Shown piece by piece: positions 18,589 to 28,262 of a stretch of DNA of 64,000 bases. A program made the position numbers and the translations under genes. The notes below the pieces were generated by a model. It saw only the letters and a program-made list of their open reading frames with translations, made no database searches and had not been told where the DNA came from. The stretch is taken from contig CAXXGO010000001.1 of assembly GCA_963666835.2 (NCBI GenBank), positions 1,408,001 through 1,472,000 on the forward strand. Direction: 5' to 3'. Every line of letters starts with the position of its first letter. The stretch's first letter is position 1. Origin of the DNA: Phycisphaerae bacterium (GTDB taxonomy: Bacteria > Planctomycetota > Phycisphaerae > UBA1845).

Positions 18589-18598
18589 CACGCGCCTG

Positions 18599-21500
18599 AT
18601 GACGGCTTTCGAGCTTACGTCCGAGCAACGTGCCGCCGTGACAGCCTGCGGTCACAGCGTGATCGTCACCGCGGCGGCGGGCTCCGGCAAAACCGCGGTT
18701 CTTGCGGAGCGATGCGCCTATCTGGTTTGTGACGCGCCCCTCGCACTTCGCTGCGACGTTGACGACCTTCTCGTTCTCACTTTCACAGAAGCCGCAGCGG
18801 CGGAGATGCGCTCACGCATAGTCGACGCTATTAGAAGGCGGTCGCAGGCTGAGCCCGGTGACCTGCGCCTGCGGGAGCAAGTTACCCTGGCCGACGCCGC
18901 GCAGATCTCGACGATCCACTCGTTTTGCCATCGGCTGATCCGCCGGTGGTTCAACGAGGTGGACCTGGATCCGACGTTCAGCTTGCTTGATGCCGAGGAA
19001 GCCGCACTGCTCGAGCGCGATGTGCTCGACGCTCTGTTCACCAGACTTTACTCTGCGATTGATACGTCGGCCGACCCACTTGGGAGTCCCGAGCACTGCG
19101 ACGCCAAGGATGCGGTTTCCCCTGCCGCCGTCGGCGATGACTTGGCCCGGGGTTTTGTAAGTTTGGTGGACGTATACGGGTTGACCAATGACCGGGCGGT
19201 TGCCGCTCTCGTCCTCGATCTGCACGAGTTCGTGGGCTCCTTGCCCGATCCCGAGGATTGGCTCCATAAGGCCGCCGAGTTGGTGGATGAGCAGGCTCCC
19301 GAGCTGGTTCTGACTCTATTCGGCCGTCTGCCGCCCGAGTTGGAACGCCAAGCAGATCGCTGTACCCAACTGGCTCTAGAATTAGAAGCGGGGAACCCCA
19401 TCGGACATTCGTACGCCGGCAAGATCCGCGCGTACATCGGGGCGCTCGAATCCTGGAAGGAGGGGCTGCCGTCCGATCTTCCCGCCGGCTTTGGGGCGGG
19501 AATCCCGCCGCGGTCGGTGGCGGAGCTGCTTGTCGAGTGCGACGCCGTGCGCCAGCAGATAGCCGAGTTTGAGTTCCCGTCGGATCGTGCTCCGCGGCTT
19601 TCGAAGGACTGCGAACCGGCGGTTCGGCAAGCGCGGGATGCCGCGAGCGAACTGTTCAGAACTCAGGTCAAGGGGCGGATGTTCGAAGATCGCCTCCGCC
19701 GGTGGTTTGGCCTGCTGTCGATCGATCAGCATTGCGCGGGGTTGGCGCGAGTGTCTCCCTTTGTGTCCACAATCACCCGTTTGGTCTCGGCGTTTCGGGC
19801 GGATTACTCGGCCGCTAAGCGCCGGATGGACGTTCTCGATTTCTCCGATCTCGAACGGTTCGCGTTGGATCTGCTTCACGTCGACGGAGACATATGCCGC
19901 CCGTCGGAAGCGGCCCGGGCGTTGCATCGCCGGTTCAAGCACCTGCTGGTCGACGAGTTTCAGGATGTCAATCGTATCCAAGAGGCGATTGTTCGGCTCG
20001 TCAGCCGCGAAGCCGATCCGGACCTGCCGGACAATCTCTTCGTCGTCGGAGACGTCAAGCAGAGCATATACCGTTTTCGCCTGGCGGAGCCGAGCGTATT
20101 CAACGAACGGTTGAACCGGTTTCGCCGAGAGAAGAACGAGGGCAGAGCCATCGCCTTACAGGCGAACTTCCGTAGCCGCCCGGAGATTCTGGAGACCGTC
20201 AATACGGTCTTTCGGCAGCTCATGCCGATAGGTGGCGGCGACGTTGTGTACGACGAGGAGGCCCATCTGAGGTCGGGCAGGCCGGCAAGTTCGCTCGACG
20301 ATACTCAACCAGTGGAATTGCACCTGCTGGAGAGGAGAATCGGAGCGTCGGAGAGTTTGGATGACGGCGACCATTCTCTCGAGGAAGACAACGCCGACAT
20401 CGGCGATCCCGCCCGCTGGGCGCCCATCGAACGAGAAGCGTTTTTAATAGGGTCTCTCATCCGCGAGTGGATCGCGGACGCCACTTCTGAGCCGAAGGCG
20501 CCGCCGCGCCGCTACCGGGACGTCGCCGTGTTGCTGAGGGCTACCGCGGTGAATGCGGAGCGGATGGCTGCGGTGCTCTCGGCCTCAGGCGTTCCCGCGT
20601 ATGCCGAGGCGGGTGGATCGCTGCTCGGGGCGTTGGAGGTCCGCGATATCCTGGCCGTCTTGGAGGTGCTGGACAATCTACAACAGGACATCCCGCTGGC
20701 CGCGGTTCTTCGCAACGGGGTGCTGGGTGATCCTTTGTCCGAGGATGATCTAGTGGAGATCCGTTGCGCCAATCGGGCGGAGTCGTTTCACGTTGGGGTG
20801 AGGGCTTATGCATCGCAGGGCGGCGTGGCGGAGCCGGTGGCCGATCCGAGCCTGGCGGGCCGGCTTCAGACCCTTCTGCGCCGGATTTCGTCTTATCGTG
20901 AAGAAGCACGCCGGCGGCCGGTGGCCGACGTGCTGTGGAGGCTGTTTCACGAGCATGGTTACCTGGCTTATGTCGGAGGGCTCCCCAACGGTGCCCAGCG
21001 TCGCGCCAATTTGCTCAAGCTGCATGAGATGGCCCGCAAGTTCGGTTCATTCCGGCGCCAGGGTCTGCACCGTTTCTTGAGCTTCGTGCGTTCCATGACC
21101 GCCGAGAATCGCCAGATCCCCACGGCGTCGGCGATTGGCGAGTCCGACGACGTGGTCCGGATCATGAGCATCCATCAAAGCAAGGGGCTCGAGTTTCCCG
21201 TCGTGTTCGTTGCGGGGTTGGGGACCCGGTTCAATCTGCGCGATCGTTCCGGCCGCATGATCTTCGAGCGGCGGGCCTATCTCGGCCTGCGCGCGGTCGA
21301 TACGGATCGGATGATCGAGTATCCGACCGCGGCGCACATCCTGGCCGCGATGGAGATCGAGCGGCACGCCCGCGAGGAGGAACTTCGAGTCCTCTATGTG
21401 GCAATGACTCGAGCCCGAGAGAAGCTGGTTTTGGTCGGGTCCACTGAGGGTGCCGCCCGGCTCGAGCGGCAGGTGGGTGCCGGGGCTGTGGGATCGTCCG

Positions 21501-22537
21501 TTTCGCTGCACGGAGTAGTGACCGCCACAACTCCGCTCGATTGGCTGATTCCGGCCCTGGCCTCCGCTCCCGACGGGATGGTGCGTACGTCCGAGAACCG
21601 GCATGCCCGTCAGCCTCTTGTTGAGGTCCGCGCCGTTGATGCTGCTGAGATTGCAGGCTGGGGAATATCGCGCCCGGCGGCGGTTTACTCGTCAGCTCTG
21701 GGAGATGCGGTGGCAAAAGGGGCGGCTCTGCCCGGCGACGAGCCTTTTGATCCCGCGGAACGGGCAGTTGAAGAGACTCTGGCGCGGATCGACTACGTTT
21801 ACCCCCATCTGGCGGCCGGGACGGTGCGGGCTGCGGTAGGGGCCAGCGAGTTTAAGGGCGCGTACGACTTCACCGCTGACGCCGAGCAGCGTCCCGAGTC
21901 CACCGGCACCGATGTGTCCACGTTGTTTACGCGACAGGACGTTCCCGGCGGTGGTCGGGAAGAGGCGGTTCGCAGGGGGATTGTCACCCACCGTGTTCTT
22001 CAACATCTGGACTTCACGGTGAGTGGCGATCGGGCTCGCGTGGCATCTGAATTGCAACGATTGGAGGTTGCCGGATTGCTGTCCGGCGACGATCGTTCGT
22101 TGGTAGATGAGGAGGGTATTGCCTGGCTGTTGCAGACTCCGTTGGCCGACGCGATTCGGGCGGCGGGTGACGCGTTTCGCCGCGAGTTCCAGTACATAGC
22201 GTCGGAGTCGCCGGAGTGGTTCGATCGATCCGTGGACCCGGGACCGGGGGACTTCATTCTGGTCCGCGGGATTGCGGACGGGGTGTTTCCCTTTGCCAAC
22301 GGAATCGGGATCGTTGATTACAAGACCGACCGGGTCCGCCCCGAAGATGTTCCACGGCGGGTAGAGGTCTACCGGCCGCAGATGCAGCTTTATTCGCGAG
22401 CGATGTCGCGAATCTGGCGTAAGCCGGTTTCGGTCTGCTGGCTGGCTTTTGTCGCCGCGCGGGAGCTGGTGGAGTTGCGTGACCCGACGGGGTCCGCTAC
22501 ATCTTCCCCGGCGGATTGGAATTCCGGGTTGTCGTGA
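18599..22537 (+). CDS. addA: ATP-dependent helicase/nuclease AddA (UvrD-like helicase plus RecB-family nuclease)
   Basis: AAAGSGKT, LLVDEFQD, VGDVKQSIYRFR, NFRS, MSIHQSKGLEFP, YVAMTRA; C-terminal RGIADG..VDYKTD..QMQLY. Confidence 0.93.
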   Translation: MTAFELTSEQRAAVTACGHSVIVTAAAGSGKTAVLAERCAYLVCDAPLALRCDVDDLLVLTFTEAAAAEMRSRIVDAIRRRSQAEPGDLRLREQVTLADAAQISTIHSFCHRLIRRWFNEVDLDPTFSLLDAEEAALLERDVLDALFTRLYSAIDTSADPLGSPEHCDAKDAVSPAAVGDDLARGFVSLVDVYGLTNDRAVAALVLDLHEFVGSLPDPEDWLHKAAELVDEQAPELVLTLFGRLPPELERQADRCTQLALELEAGNPIGHSYAGKIRAYIGALESWKEGLPSDLPAGFGAGIPPRSVAELLVECDAVRQQIAEFEFPSDRAPRLSKDCEPAVRQARDAASELFRTQVKGRMFEDRLRRWFGLLSIDQHCAGLARVSPFVSTITRLVSAFRADYSAAKRRMDVLDFSDLERFALDLLHVDGDICRPSEAARALHRRFKHLLVDEFQDVNRIQEAIVRLVSREADPDLPDNLFVVGDVKQSIYRFRLAEPSVFNERLNRFRREKNEGRAIALQANFRSRPEILETVNTVFRQLMPIGGGDVVYDEEAHLRSGRPASSLDDTQPVELHLLERRIGASESLDDGDHSLEEDNADIGDPARWAPIEREAFLIGSLIREWIADATSEPKAPPRRYRDVAVLLRATAVNAERMAAVLSASGVPAYAEAGGSLLGALEVRDILAVLEVLDNLQQDIPLAAVLRNGVLGDPLSEDDLVEIRCANRAESFHVGVRAYASQGGVAEPVADPSLAGRLQTLLRRISSYREEARRRPVADVLWRLFHEHGYLAYVGGLPNGAQRRANLLKLHEMARKFGSFRRQGLHRFLSFVRSMTAENRQIPTASAIGESDDVVRIMSIHQSKGLEFPVVFVAGLGTRFNLRDRSGRMIFERRAYLGLRAVDTDRMIEYPTAAHILAAMEIERHAREEELRVLYVAMTRAREKLVLVGSTEGAARLERQVGAGAVGSSVSLHGVVTATTPLDWLIPALASAPDGMVRTSENRHARQPLVEVRAVDAAEIAGWGISRPAAVYSSALGDAVAKGAALPGDEPFDPAERAVEETLARIDYVYPHLAAGTVRAAVGASEFKGAYDFTADAEQRPESTGTDVSTLFTRQDVPGGGREEAVRRGIVTHRVLQHLDFTVSGDRARVASELQRLEVAGLLSGDDRSLVDEEGIAWLLQTPLADAIRAAGDAFRREFQYIASESPEWFDRSVDPGPGDFILVRGIADGVFPFANGIGIVDYKTDRVRPEDVPRRVEVYRPQMQLYSRAMSRIWRKPVSVCWLAFVAARELVELRDPTGSATSSPADWNSGLS

Positions 22538-22552
22538 TCTTTCGAGGACGCT

Positions 22553-25500
22553 ATGGCTCATTCCGAACGGTTCAACAAGCGGGCCCTGGAGATCGGACGC
22601 GAGATCTTCGAACGGGCTGCCGCGGCCCAACCGACCATTTTCCAGAAGACCTGGTGGCTGGAGCAGGGCACCAAACTGGTCGAGCGAGACGAACGGCTCA
22701 AAACGCGGGCGTTCTCTTTTGTCGATTGCCTGCCGTCGCTACGAAACCATGCAGAGATTACCCGGCATGTTGCGGAGTACCTGGACCCGGAGTGCGTTGA
22801 TCTTCCGAAGCTGTTTCACGCCGCGGTCCGTCCCGGGCCGTTGATGTCGCTCAGGGAGGATATCGTCGGGTGGGGGGCGAGGTTTGGCGCCGGTCAGATG
22901 GCCGGACGCTTCATCACCGGTTACGACGGCCCCAGCGCCATTAAGACTATTGAACGTCTCCGGCGGAAGGGCTTTGCCTTCACGCTCGATGTGCTCGGCG
23001 AATCGACCACCAGCTACGCTCGCGCCGACGAGTATGCCCAGGTCTACCATGAACTGATCGACGAACTGACTGCCGCCGCCCGAACCTGGTCGCGGATTCC
23101 GATTGTGGACGAGGACTCCCGGGGTGCCATGCCGCGGGTCAATCTGTCGATCAAGCTGACCGGGCTTGATCCGCATTTTGATGCGATCGATCCGGCGCGG
23201 GCGATCCATGCGGTGAACGAGCGACTCCGGCCGCTGTTGCGGCACGCCCGCGAGGCCGGGGCGTTCGTCAACATCGACATGGAGTCGACAAAGCATCGCC
23301 ATCTGACGTTTGAACTGTTCAAGCAGCTTCTCATGGAGGACGAGTTCCGCGATTGGGAAGACATCGGGATTGTGATCCAAGCTTACCTGACGGATGGCGA
23401 GCAGGATCTGACCGACATGCTCGAATGGGGCAAACGACGGGGGCGGCGCTTCGCGATTCGCTTGGTCAAGGGGGCCTATTGGGACGCTGAGACGGCTGCG
23501 GCCGTGCGGGCCTATAAGAAACCACCGGTCTGGACTCGCAAGTGGGAGTCGGATGCGTGTTATGAGCGGATGTCCCGGGTTATGCTCGAGAACACGGAGC
23601 TGATCCGCCCGGCGTACGCCAGCCACAATGTTCGGTCCCTGGCGGTGATCCTTGCGGCCGCGGAGGAGTTGGGGCTGCGCCCCAATGAGTATGAACTGCA
23701 GATGCTGTATGGGATGGGCGATCCACTCAAGACGGCCGTGGCACAGCTTGGTCAATGCACCAGAATCTACTGCCCGTACGGAGATCTCATGCCGGGGATG
23801 GGCTACCTGATTCGGAGACTCCTGGAGAACACGTCCAACGACGGTTTCCTGAAACAGGGGTTCAGCGATCGGGCCGGCTATGACTCGCTGTTGCGTGATC
23901 CATCCATTGCTCAACCACCCAGCGCGCCGCTTCCGGAGCGGCACTACCAGAACACCGATCCCGAGGAACCTATGTCTGAATTCAAGAATGCTTCGAACAC
24001 GAATTTCGCTGTGCCGGAGAACCGCCGGAAGATGCTCGGTGCCTTGGAGTTTGTGCGCGGGGAGTTCGGCCGAACGTACCCACTTCTAATCAACGGAGAG
24101 CCGGTTTCGACGGACGAGACGATCCATTCGGTCAACCCGTCGTGCTCCAGCGAAGTGGTGGGGCGAGTGGCCCGGGCGACTACCGGTGACGTCGACCGCG
24201 CGGTTGCGGCTGCTCGCCGGGCGTTCTCGAGTTGGCGGAAGACCTCCGCGGCCGAGCGGGCCTCGCTTCTGCGGGCTCTGGCGGACCGGTTGGAGATGCG
24301 CCGCTACGAGCTTGCGGCCACGATGGTCCTGGAGGTGGCCAAACCGTGGCGGGAAGCGGATGCGGACGTTACCGAGGCAGTGGATCATTGCCGGTACTAC
24401 GCCGAGCAGATTGAACGGATCGAGTCGCACCCGCGCCTGCGGAACCTCCCGGGTGAGGACAACATGCTTATGTACTCGCCTAAGGGGGTCTGTGCGGTGG
24501 TCTCGCCGTGGGCTTTCCCCCTGGCGATTCTGACCGGAATGACCTCTGCGGCACTTGCCGGGGGGAATACGGTTGTCATCAAGCCTGCCCGGCAGGCGTC
24601 GGTTCTGGCCGCAAAGCTCGTTGAAGCTTTGGACGCGGTTGGATTCCCGGCCGGCGTGTTCAACTTCGTGCCCGGGGTGGGCGAAGAAGTTGGAGCACAT
24701 CTCGTCGAACACGGCGATGTTAATCTTGTGGCTTTTACCGGCTCGCACAGCGTCGGCACTGGTGTCATCCAGGCCGGGGCTCGCGTACGCCCGGGGCAGG
24801 CGTTTATCAAGAAGATGATCGTCGAGATGGGCGGCAAGAACGCCATCGTTGTGGATGACGACGCAGACTTAGACGGAGCGGTTCAGGCCATCATCGACTC
24901 GACATTCGGTTTTGCGGGTCAGAAGTGCAGCAGTTGCAGCCGGGTTATCGTGCTCGACGGCGTGTATGACAACTTGCTCAGCCGTCTGCGCGAAGCAACC
25001 GACAGCGTGATTGTCGGTCCCGCTGAGGCTCCGGGCACTATGGTCGGACCAGTCATTGATGAGGCCGCGCGGGAGCGTATTCGGGAGTATCGCGAGATCG
25101 GCTGCCAGGACGGTCGGCTGTTGACCGAAGTGAAGCTCCCTGCGGATTGTGACAAGGGTTTCTTCGTCGCTCCGATGGTCTTCGCAGATGTCAAGCCGGA
25201 AAGCCGCATCGCGCAGGAGGAGATATTCGGCCCGTTGTTGGCCGTGATTCGAGCCAAGGACTTCGATCATGCGATGGAGATTGCCAACGGGACTCGATAC
25301 GCCTTGACGGGTGGGATCTACTCCCGCAGCCCCGCGCGCATCAAGCAGGCCTGTCGCGAATTCGCCGTCGGAAACCTGTATGTCAACCGGCGCGTGACCG
25401 GATCGCAAGTTGACGCGCAGCCGTTTGGCGGGTTCAAACTGAGCGGGACGGGAGTCAAGGCCGGCTCTCCGGACTACCTCCTCCATTTCATGGATGCTCG

Positions 25501-25567
25501 TTGCATTACGGAGAACACGCTTCGAAGCGGGTTGGTTCCAAACGAAGAACGCACGGAGGTGCGCTAA
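22553..25567 (+). CDS. putA: Bifunctional proline dehydrogenase / L-glutamate gamma-semialdehyde (P5C) dehydrogenase
   Basis: ProDH motifs RLVKGAYW, SHNVRS, YLIRRLLEN; ALDH motifs FTGS, EMGGKN, GQKCS, EEIFGP, QPFGGFKLSG. Confidence 0.95.
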   Translation: MAHSERFNKRALEIGREIFERAAAAQPTIFQKTWWLEQGTKLVERDERLKTRAFSFVDCLPSLRNHAEITRHVAEYLDPECVDLPKLFHAAVRPGPLMSLREDIVGWGARFGAGQMAGRFITGYDGPSAIKTIERLRRKGFAFTLDVLGESTTSYARADEYAQVYHELIDELTAAARTWSRIPIVDEDSRGAMPRVNLSIKLTGLDPHFDAIDPARAIHAVNERLRPLLRHAREAGAFVNIDMESTKHRHLTFELFKQLLMEDEFRDWEDIGIVIQAYLTDGEQDLTDMLEWGKRRGRRFAIRLVKGAYWDAETAAAVRAYKKPPVWTRKWESDACYERMSRVMLENTELIRPAYASHNVRSLAVILAAAEELGLRPNEYELQMLYGMGDPLKTAVAQLGQCTRIYCPYGDLMPGMGYLIRRLLENTSNDGFLKQGFSDRAGYDSLLRDPSIAQPPSAPLPERHYQNTDPEEPMSEFKNASNTNFAVPENRRKMLGALEFVRGEFGRTYPLLINGEPVSTDETIHSVNPSCSSEVVGRVARATTGDVDRAVAAARRAFSSWRKTSAAERASLLRALADRLEMRRYELAATMVLEVAKPWREADADVTEAVDHCRYYAEQIERIESHPRLRNLPGEDNMLMYSPKGVCAVVSPWAFPLAILTGMTSAALAGGNTVVIKPARQASVLAAKLVEALDAVGFPAGVFNFVPGVGEEVGAHLVEHGDVNLVAFTGSHSVGTGVIQAGARVRPGQAFIKKMIVEMGGKNAIVVDDDADLDGAVQAIIDSTFGFAGQKCSSCSRVIVLDGVYDNLLSRLREATDSVIVGPAEAPGTMVGPVIDEAARERIREYREIGCQDGRLLTEVKLPADCDKGFFVAPMVFADVKPESRIAQEEIFGPLLAVIRAKDFDHAMEIANGTRYALTGGIYSRSPARIKQACREFAVGNLYVNRRVTGSQVDAQPFGGFKLSGTGVKAGSPDYLLHFMDARCITENTLRSGLVPNEERTEVR

Positions 25568-25617
25568 GAGGGACTAGCTGAGTCGCTGTCCCGAGTTACT
25601 CAAGAGGAGATGCCAGG

Positions 25618-25704
25618 ATGGATCTTGGACTTTTCACCATTAATGCGGCCGCCAATGTCTTCTGGATTGCCCTGTTCTTGCTCCTGACTGCGGCACGATT
25701 CTAA
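25618..25704 (+). CDS. Candidate 28-aa single-TM small protein
   Basis: AAGAGGAG RBS then MDLGLFTINAAANVFWIALFLLLTAARF*; below the ORF-track size cut-off. Confidence 0.5.
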   Translation: MDLGLFTINAAANVFWIALFLLLTAARF

Positions 25705-25896
25705 TCCTGCGTCACACCTGGGCCTTCGGGTGTGCCACTGCTCTTGAGCAGTGCAGGGATGGCGTACGGCGTGGATTGCCCCCGGGTCTTTACGTGTGAC
25801 GAAGCGTTGGTATGGCCTCCGAAACCGGCGCTGGGGAGTTCTCCTTGGTGCGGAGGGAGTCCCTTGTGGGAGGGGAGCCGGGCGGGCGCAAAGCCG

Positions 25897-26976
25897 TTAC
25901 CGACTGCTTCCGGAAGTTGCCGCCGTTGCGGATGCCCGCAACGCCTGTTCGACAATCTGTGCGGGACGCAGGTTATCCGCGCGATGCGCCGGGCACCCGG
26001 CGAGGCCGGCGGGGCATCGGCCCTCGGCGAGATTGCACGGGCTGCACGGCCTTAAAGACTGCACGGCGGTTACGGTCGGGTAGTCCGCGGCGAATCCGGC
26101 ATCAGTGCTGGTGAACATCGCCACAACCGGTACCCCCAGAGCCCCGGCGAGATGTAGAGGGAATGAGTCTCCGGTGATGACGACCTGCATTTGCATCAGC
26201 AACGCGCCGAGATCGGCAGCGGTTGGGGTGCGCCCTGCCAGATGATGCACGTGCGGTGATCCGGTGCGTCCGGCTGATCCGGTCTGCTCGGATTCTCCAA
26301 CTTCAAACACCTCAAAGCTGTTTTCGACCAACAGCTCAACCAAGTCGTTGTGAAGGTCTGGGGGGTAAGCCTTGAGGCTTGCGATACGCCCTACGTGAAC
26401 CGCCGCACGTGGTTGCCCGGCGAGGGTAAGAGCCCACCGATTTCGGGCGTCCGCCGGCACGACCGGGCGGGCCGGCTGCGACGGCCGCGGAGTGCCGAGG
26501 CATTTGCTGAAGAGGTCCGCCGCACTTTTTTGCGGGCCGCCGGCGACCGCTTCGATATTCTCGAAGCTCATGTAGTATTGGTAGGCGGATAGCTGCTCCG
26601 CGGTGATCGGATAAGGTAGCAGCTTTCCGACCGTGGGCATCAATTGCCAGACCTGGCGGGCGGCCGGTCGCCCCGCAACGTCTACGGTGACCTCGGGATA
26701 CGCTTCGACCAGCGCGGCGACGCAAGATGCCGCAATCACGGCATCACCCAATCGCCCGATAAACGGAAGGATGATCCGCTCGGTGCTCAACGGCTCCCGG
26801 CGATAGAGTGGTACGGTGCGGTCCACCGCGGCCACCAGCTTGAGGGCTTGATCGCGCAGCCCGGCGCCGGCCTCCTCGTCGTGGACTACGTACTGCTCTC
26901 CCCGGCGCAATTCGTACGCCGGGCGCCCGTCGCGGTCCCGCACCTTGGAGTCGGCGATGGCTTCGACTATCTGCAT
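25897..26976 (-). CDS. Glycosyltransferase family 9 (heptosyltransferase-like)
   Basis: GRLGD, VITGDSFPLHLAGALGVPVVAMF, C-terminal CSPC..C. Confidence 0.85.
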   Translation of the reverse strand: MQIVEAIADSKVRDRDGRPAYELRRGEQYVVHDEEAGAGLRDQALKLVAAVDRTVPLYRREPLSTERIILPFIGRLGDAVIAASCVAALVEAYPEVTVDVAGRPAARQVWQLMPTVGKLLPYPITAEQLSAYQYYMSFENIEAVAGGPQKSAADLFSKCLGTPRPSQPARPVVPADARNRWALTLAGQPRAAVHVGRIASLKAYPPDLHNDLVELLVENSFEVFEVGESEQTGSAGRTGSPHVHHLAGRTPTAADLGALLMQMQVVITGDSFPLHLAGALGVPVVAMFTSTDAGFAADYPTVTAVQSLRPCSPCNLAEGRCPAGLAGCPAHRADNLRPAQIVEQALRASATAATSGSSR

Positions 26977-27170
26977 ACTACCTCCTGCCGGGGACGCCGG
27001 TCGGCCCGCCTTGCCGATTGCGTCCTGGGCCGCCGCTCACGGGCGTATATTGAGTATCGGCAGGGTCCGGGAACAAATGCGGTCGCAGCGCGGGACTCGT
27101 GCAAAGTGATGCAGAGCCTGTGACATCGGTTCGGGTTGGGTACGCGGTTACGACGGCAGGGCGGCGGAGG

Positions 27171-28028
27171 TTACTCGAAGTTCGGTGACCGCCCCCAGTG
27201 GAGCTTGGTTACCAGGTTATTCCACTTGGCGTACAGGGGGTTGTGGACGAGGAGGTAGTCAGTACTGAAACGCTTCACCGTGATGCGATCGCCCTGGACG
27301 AGGGGGAAAGTGACCTGCCCGTCGATAATTGCGCTGGTTCCTTCGTTTACCGCCGACGCCCGAATGTCGATGACGGTTTCCCGCTCGACCACCAGCGGCT
27401 TATGCGTGAGCGAATGCGGGTTGATCGGTGTCAGTACTATGGCATCTACTCCTGGTTGGAGTAGGGGGCCGCCGGCCGAGAGGTTGTGCGCCGTCGAGCC
27501 GGTGGGGGTACACACGAGCAACCCGTCCCCGCTCACCGTCGTGAACGGTTCGTTGTTGATCGATACTCCGAGCTTGATAATCCTAAAGGGCGGTCCGGCG
27601 TGGATCACGCAATCGTTGGTTGCCAGAGACGTCCCCCGCACCCGGTCGTTGCGCTGCACTGTTATGTGGAGCATTGTCCGGTGGGTAACTATGCGGTCGT
27701 CATTGACGGCTTGCCCGAAGACCCGCTTGAGTTCATCGACGGAAAACTCCGCGAGAAAACCGAGCTTGCCGACGTTTGCCCCGATCAAGGGGATCTGGTT
27801 AGATCCCAAAGAGCGGGCTACTCCGATGAGTGTGCCGTCACCGCCGAATACGATAATCCGGTCAGCCTGGGCCTTGATCGCGGCATATCCATCCAGGCCC
27901 AGCACCGAACCTACCAGCACACAGTACGGAGCGGCGAAGGCCTCGACATCGCGCAGGGCGGCTTCCGCCTCCGGCTTTTCCGGATTGGCCAGCAGAAAGA
28001 CCCGACGCGTCGACATCGTCTCCGGCAC
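27171..28028 (-). CDS. nadK: NAD(+) kinase
   Basis: GGDGT, NVGKLGFL, GDGLLVCTPTGSTAHNLSAGGP. Confidence 0.95.
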   Translation of the reverse strand: MPETMSTRRVFLLANPEKPEAEAALRDVEAFAAPYCVLVGSVLGLDGYAAIKAQADRIIVFGGDGTLIGVARSLGSNQIPLIGANVGKLGFLAEFSVDELKRVFGQAVNDDRIVTHRTMLHITVQRNDRVRGTSLATNDCVIHAGPPFRIIKLGVSINNEPFTTVSGDGLLVCTPTGSTAHNLSAGGPLLQPGVDAIVLTPINPHSLTHKPLVVERETVIDIRASAVNEGTSAIIDGQVTFPLVQGDRITVKRFSTDYLLVHNPLYAKWNNLVTKLHWGRSPNFE

Positions 28029-28262
28029 TAAGCGTTCTCCTGTGAGGTCTCCTCACCGGCAACTCGGACGGGAGTGATCCTCCGTCCGGACGCAACCGCG
28101 ATTCTCTGCTCGTGATTCGCGGATTCCGGTTTCGCAACTCGACGTGCCATGATACCTACTCCGCGGATCGCCTGCGACGCGCAATCTTCTGTGGTCTCAC
28201 TCACGTTCGACTGCGAACCGGACGCTTCGGCTCCCACTATGTGCCCGATGGAATAAGTGCTG

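Noticed and set aside
18221..18598. N-terminal extension of AddA to 1438 aa
   Set aside because: It overlaps the divergent protease gene start; helicase motifs begin after ATG 18599, which has a TATAAT just upstream.
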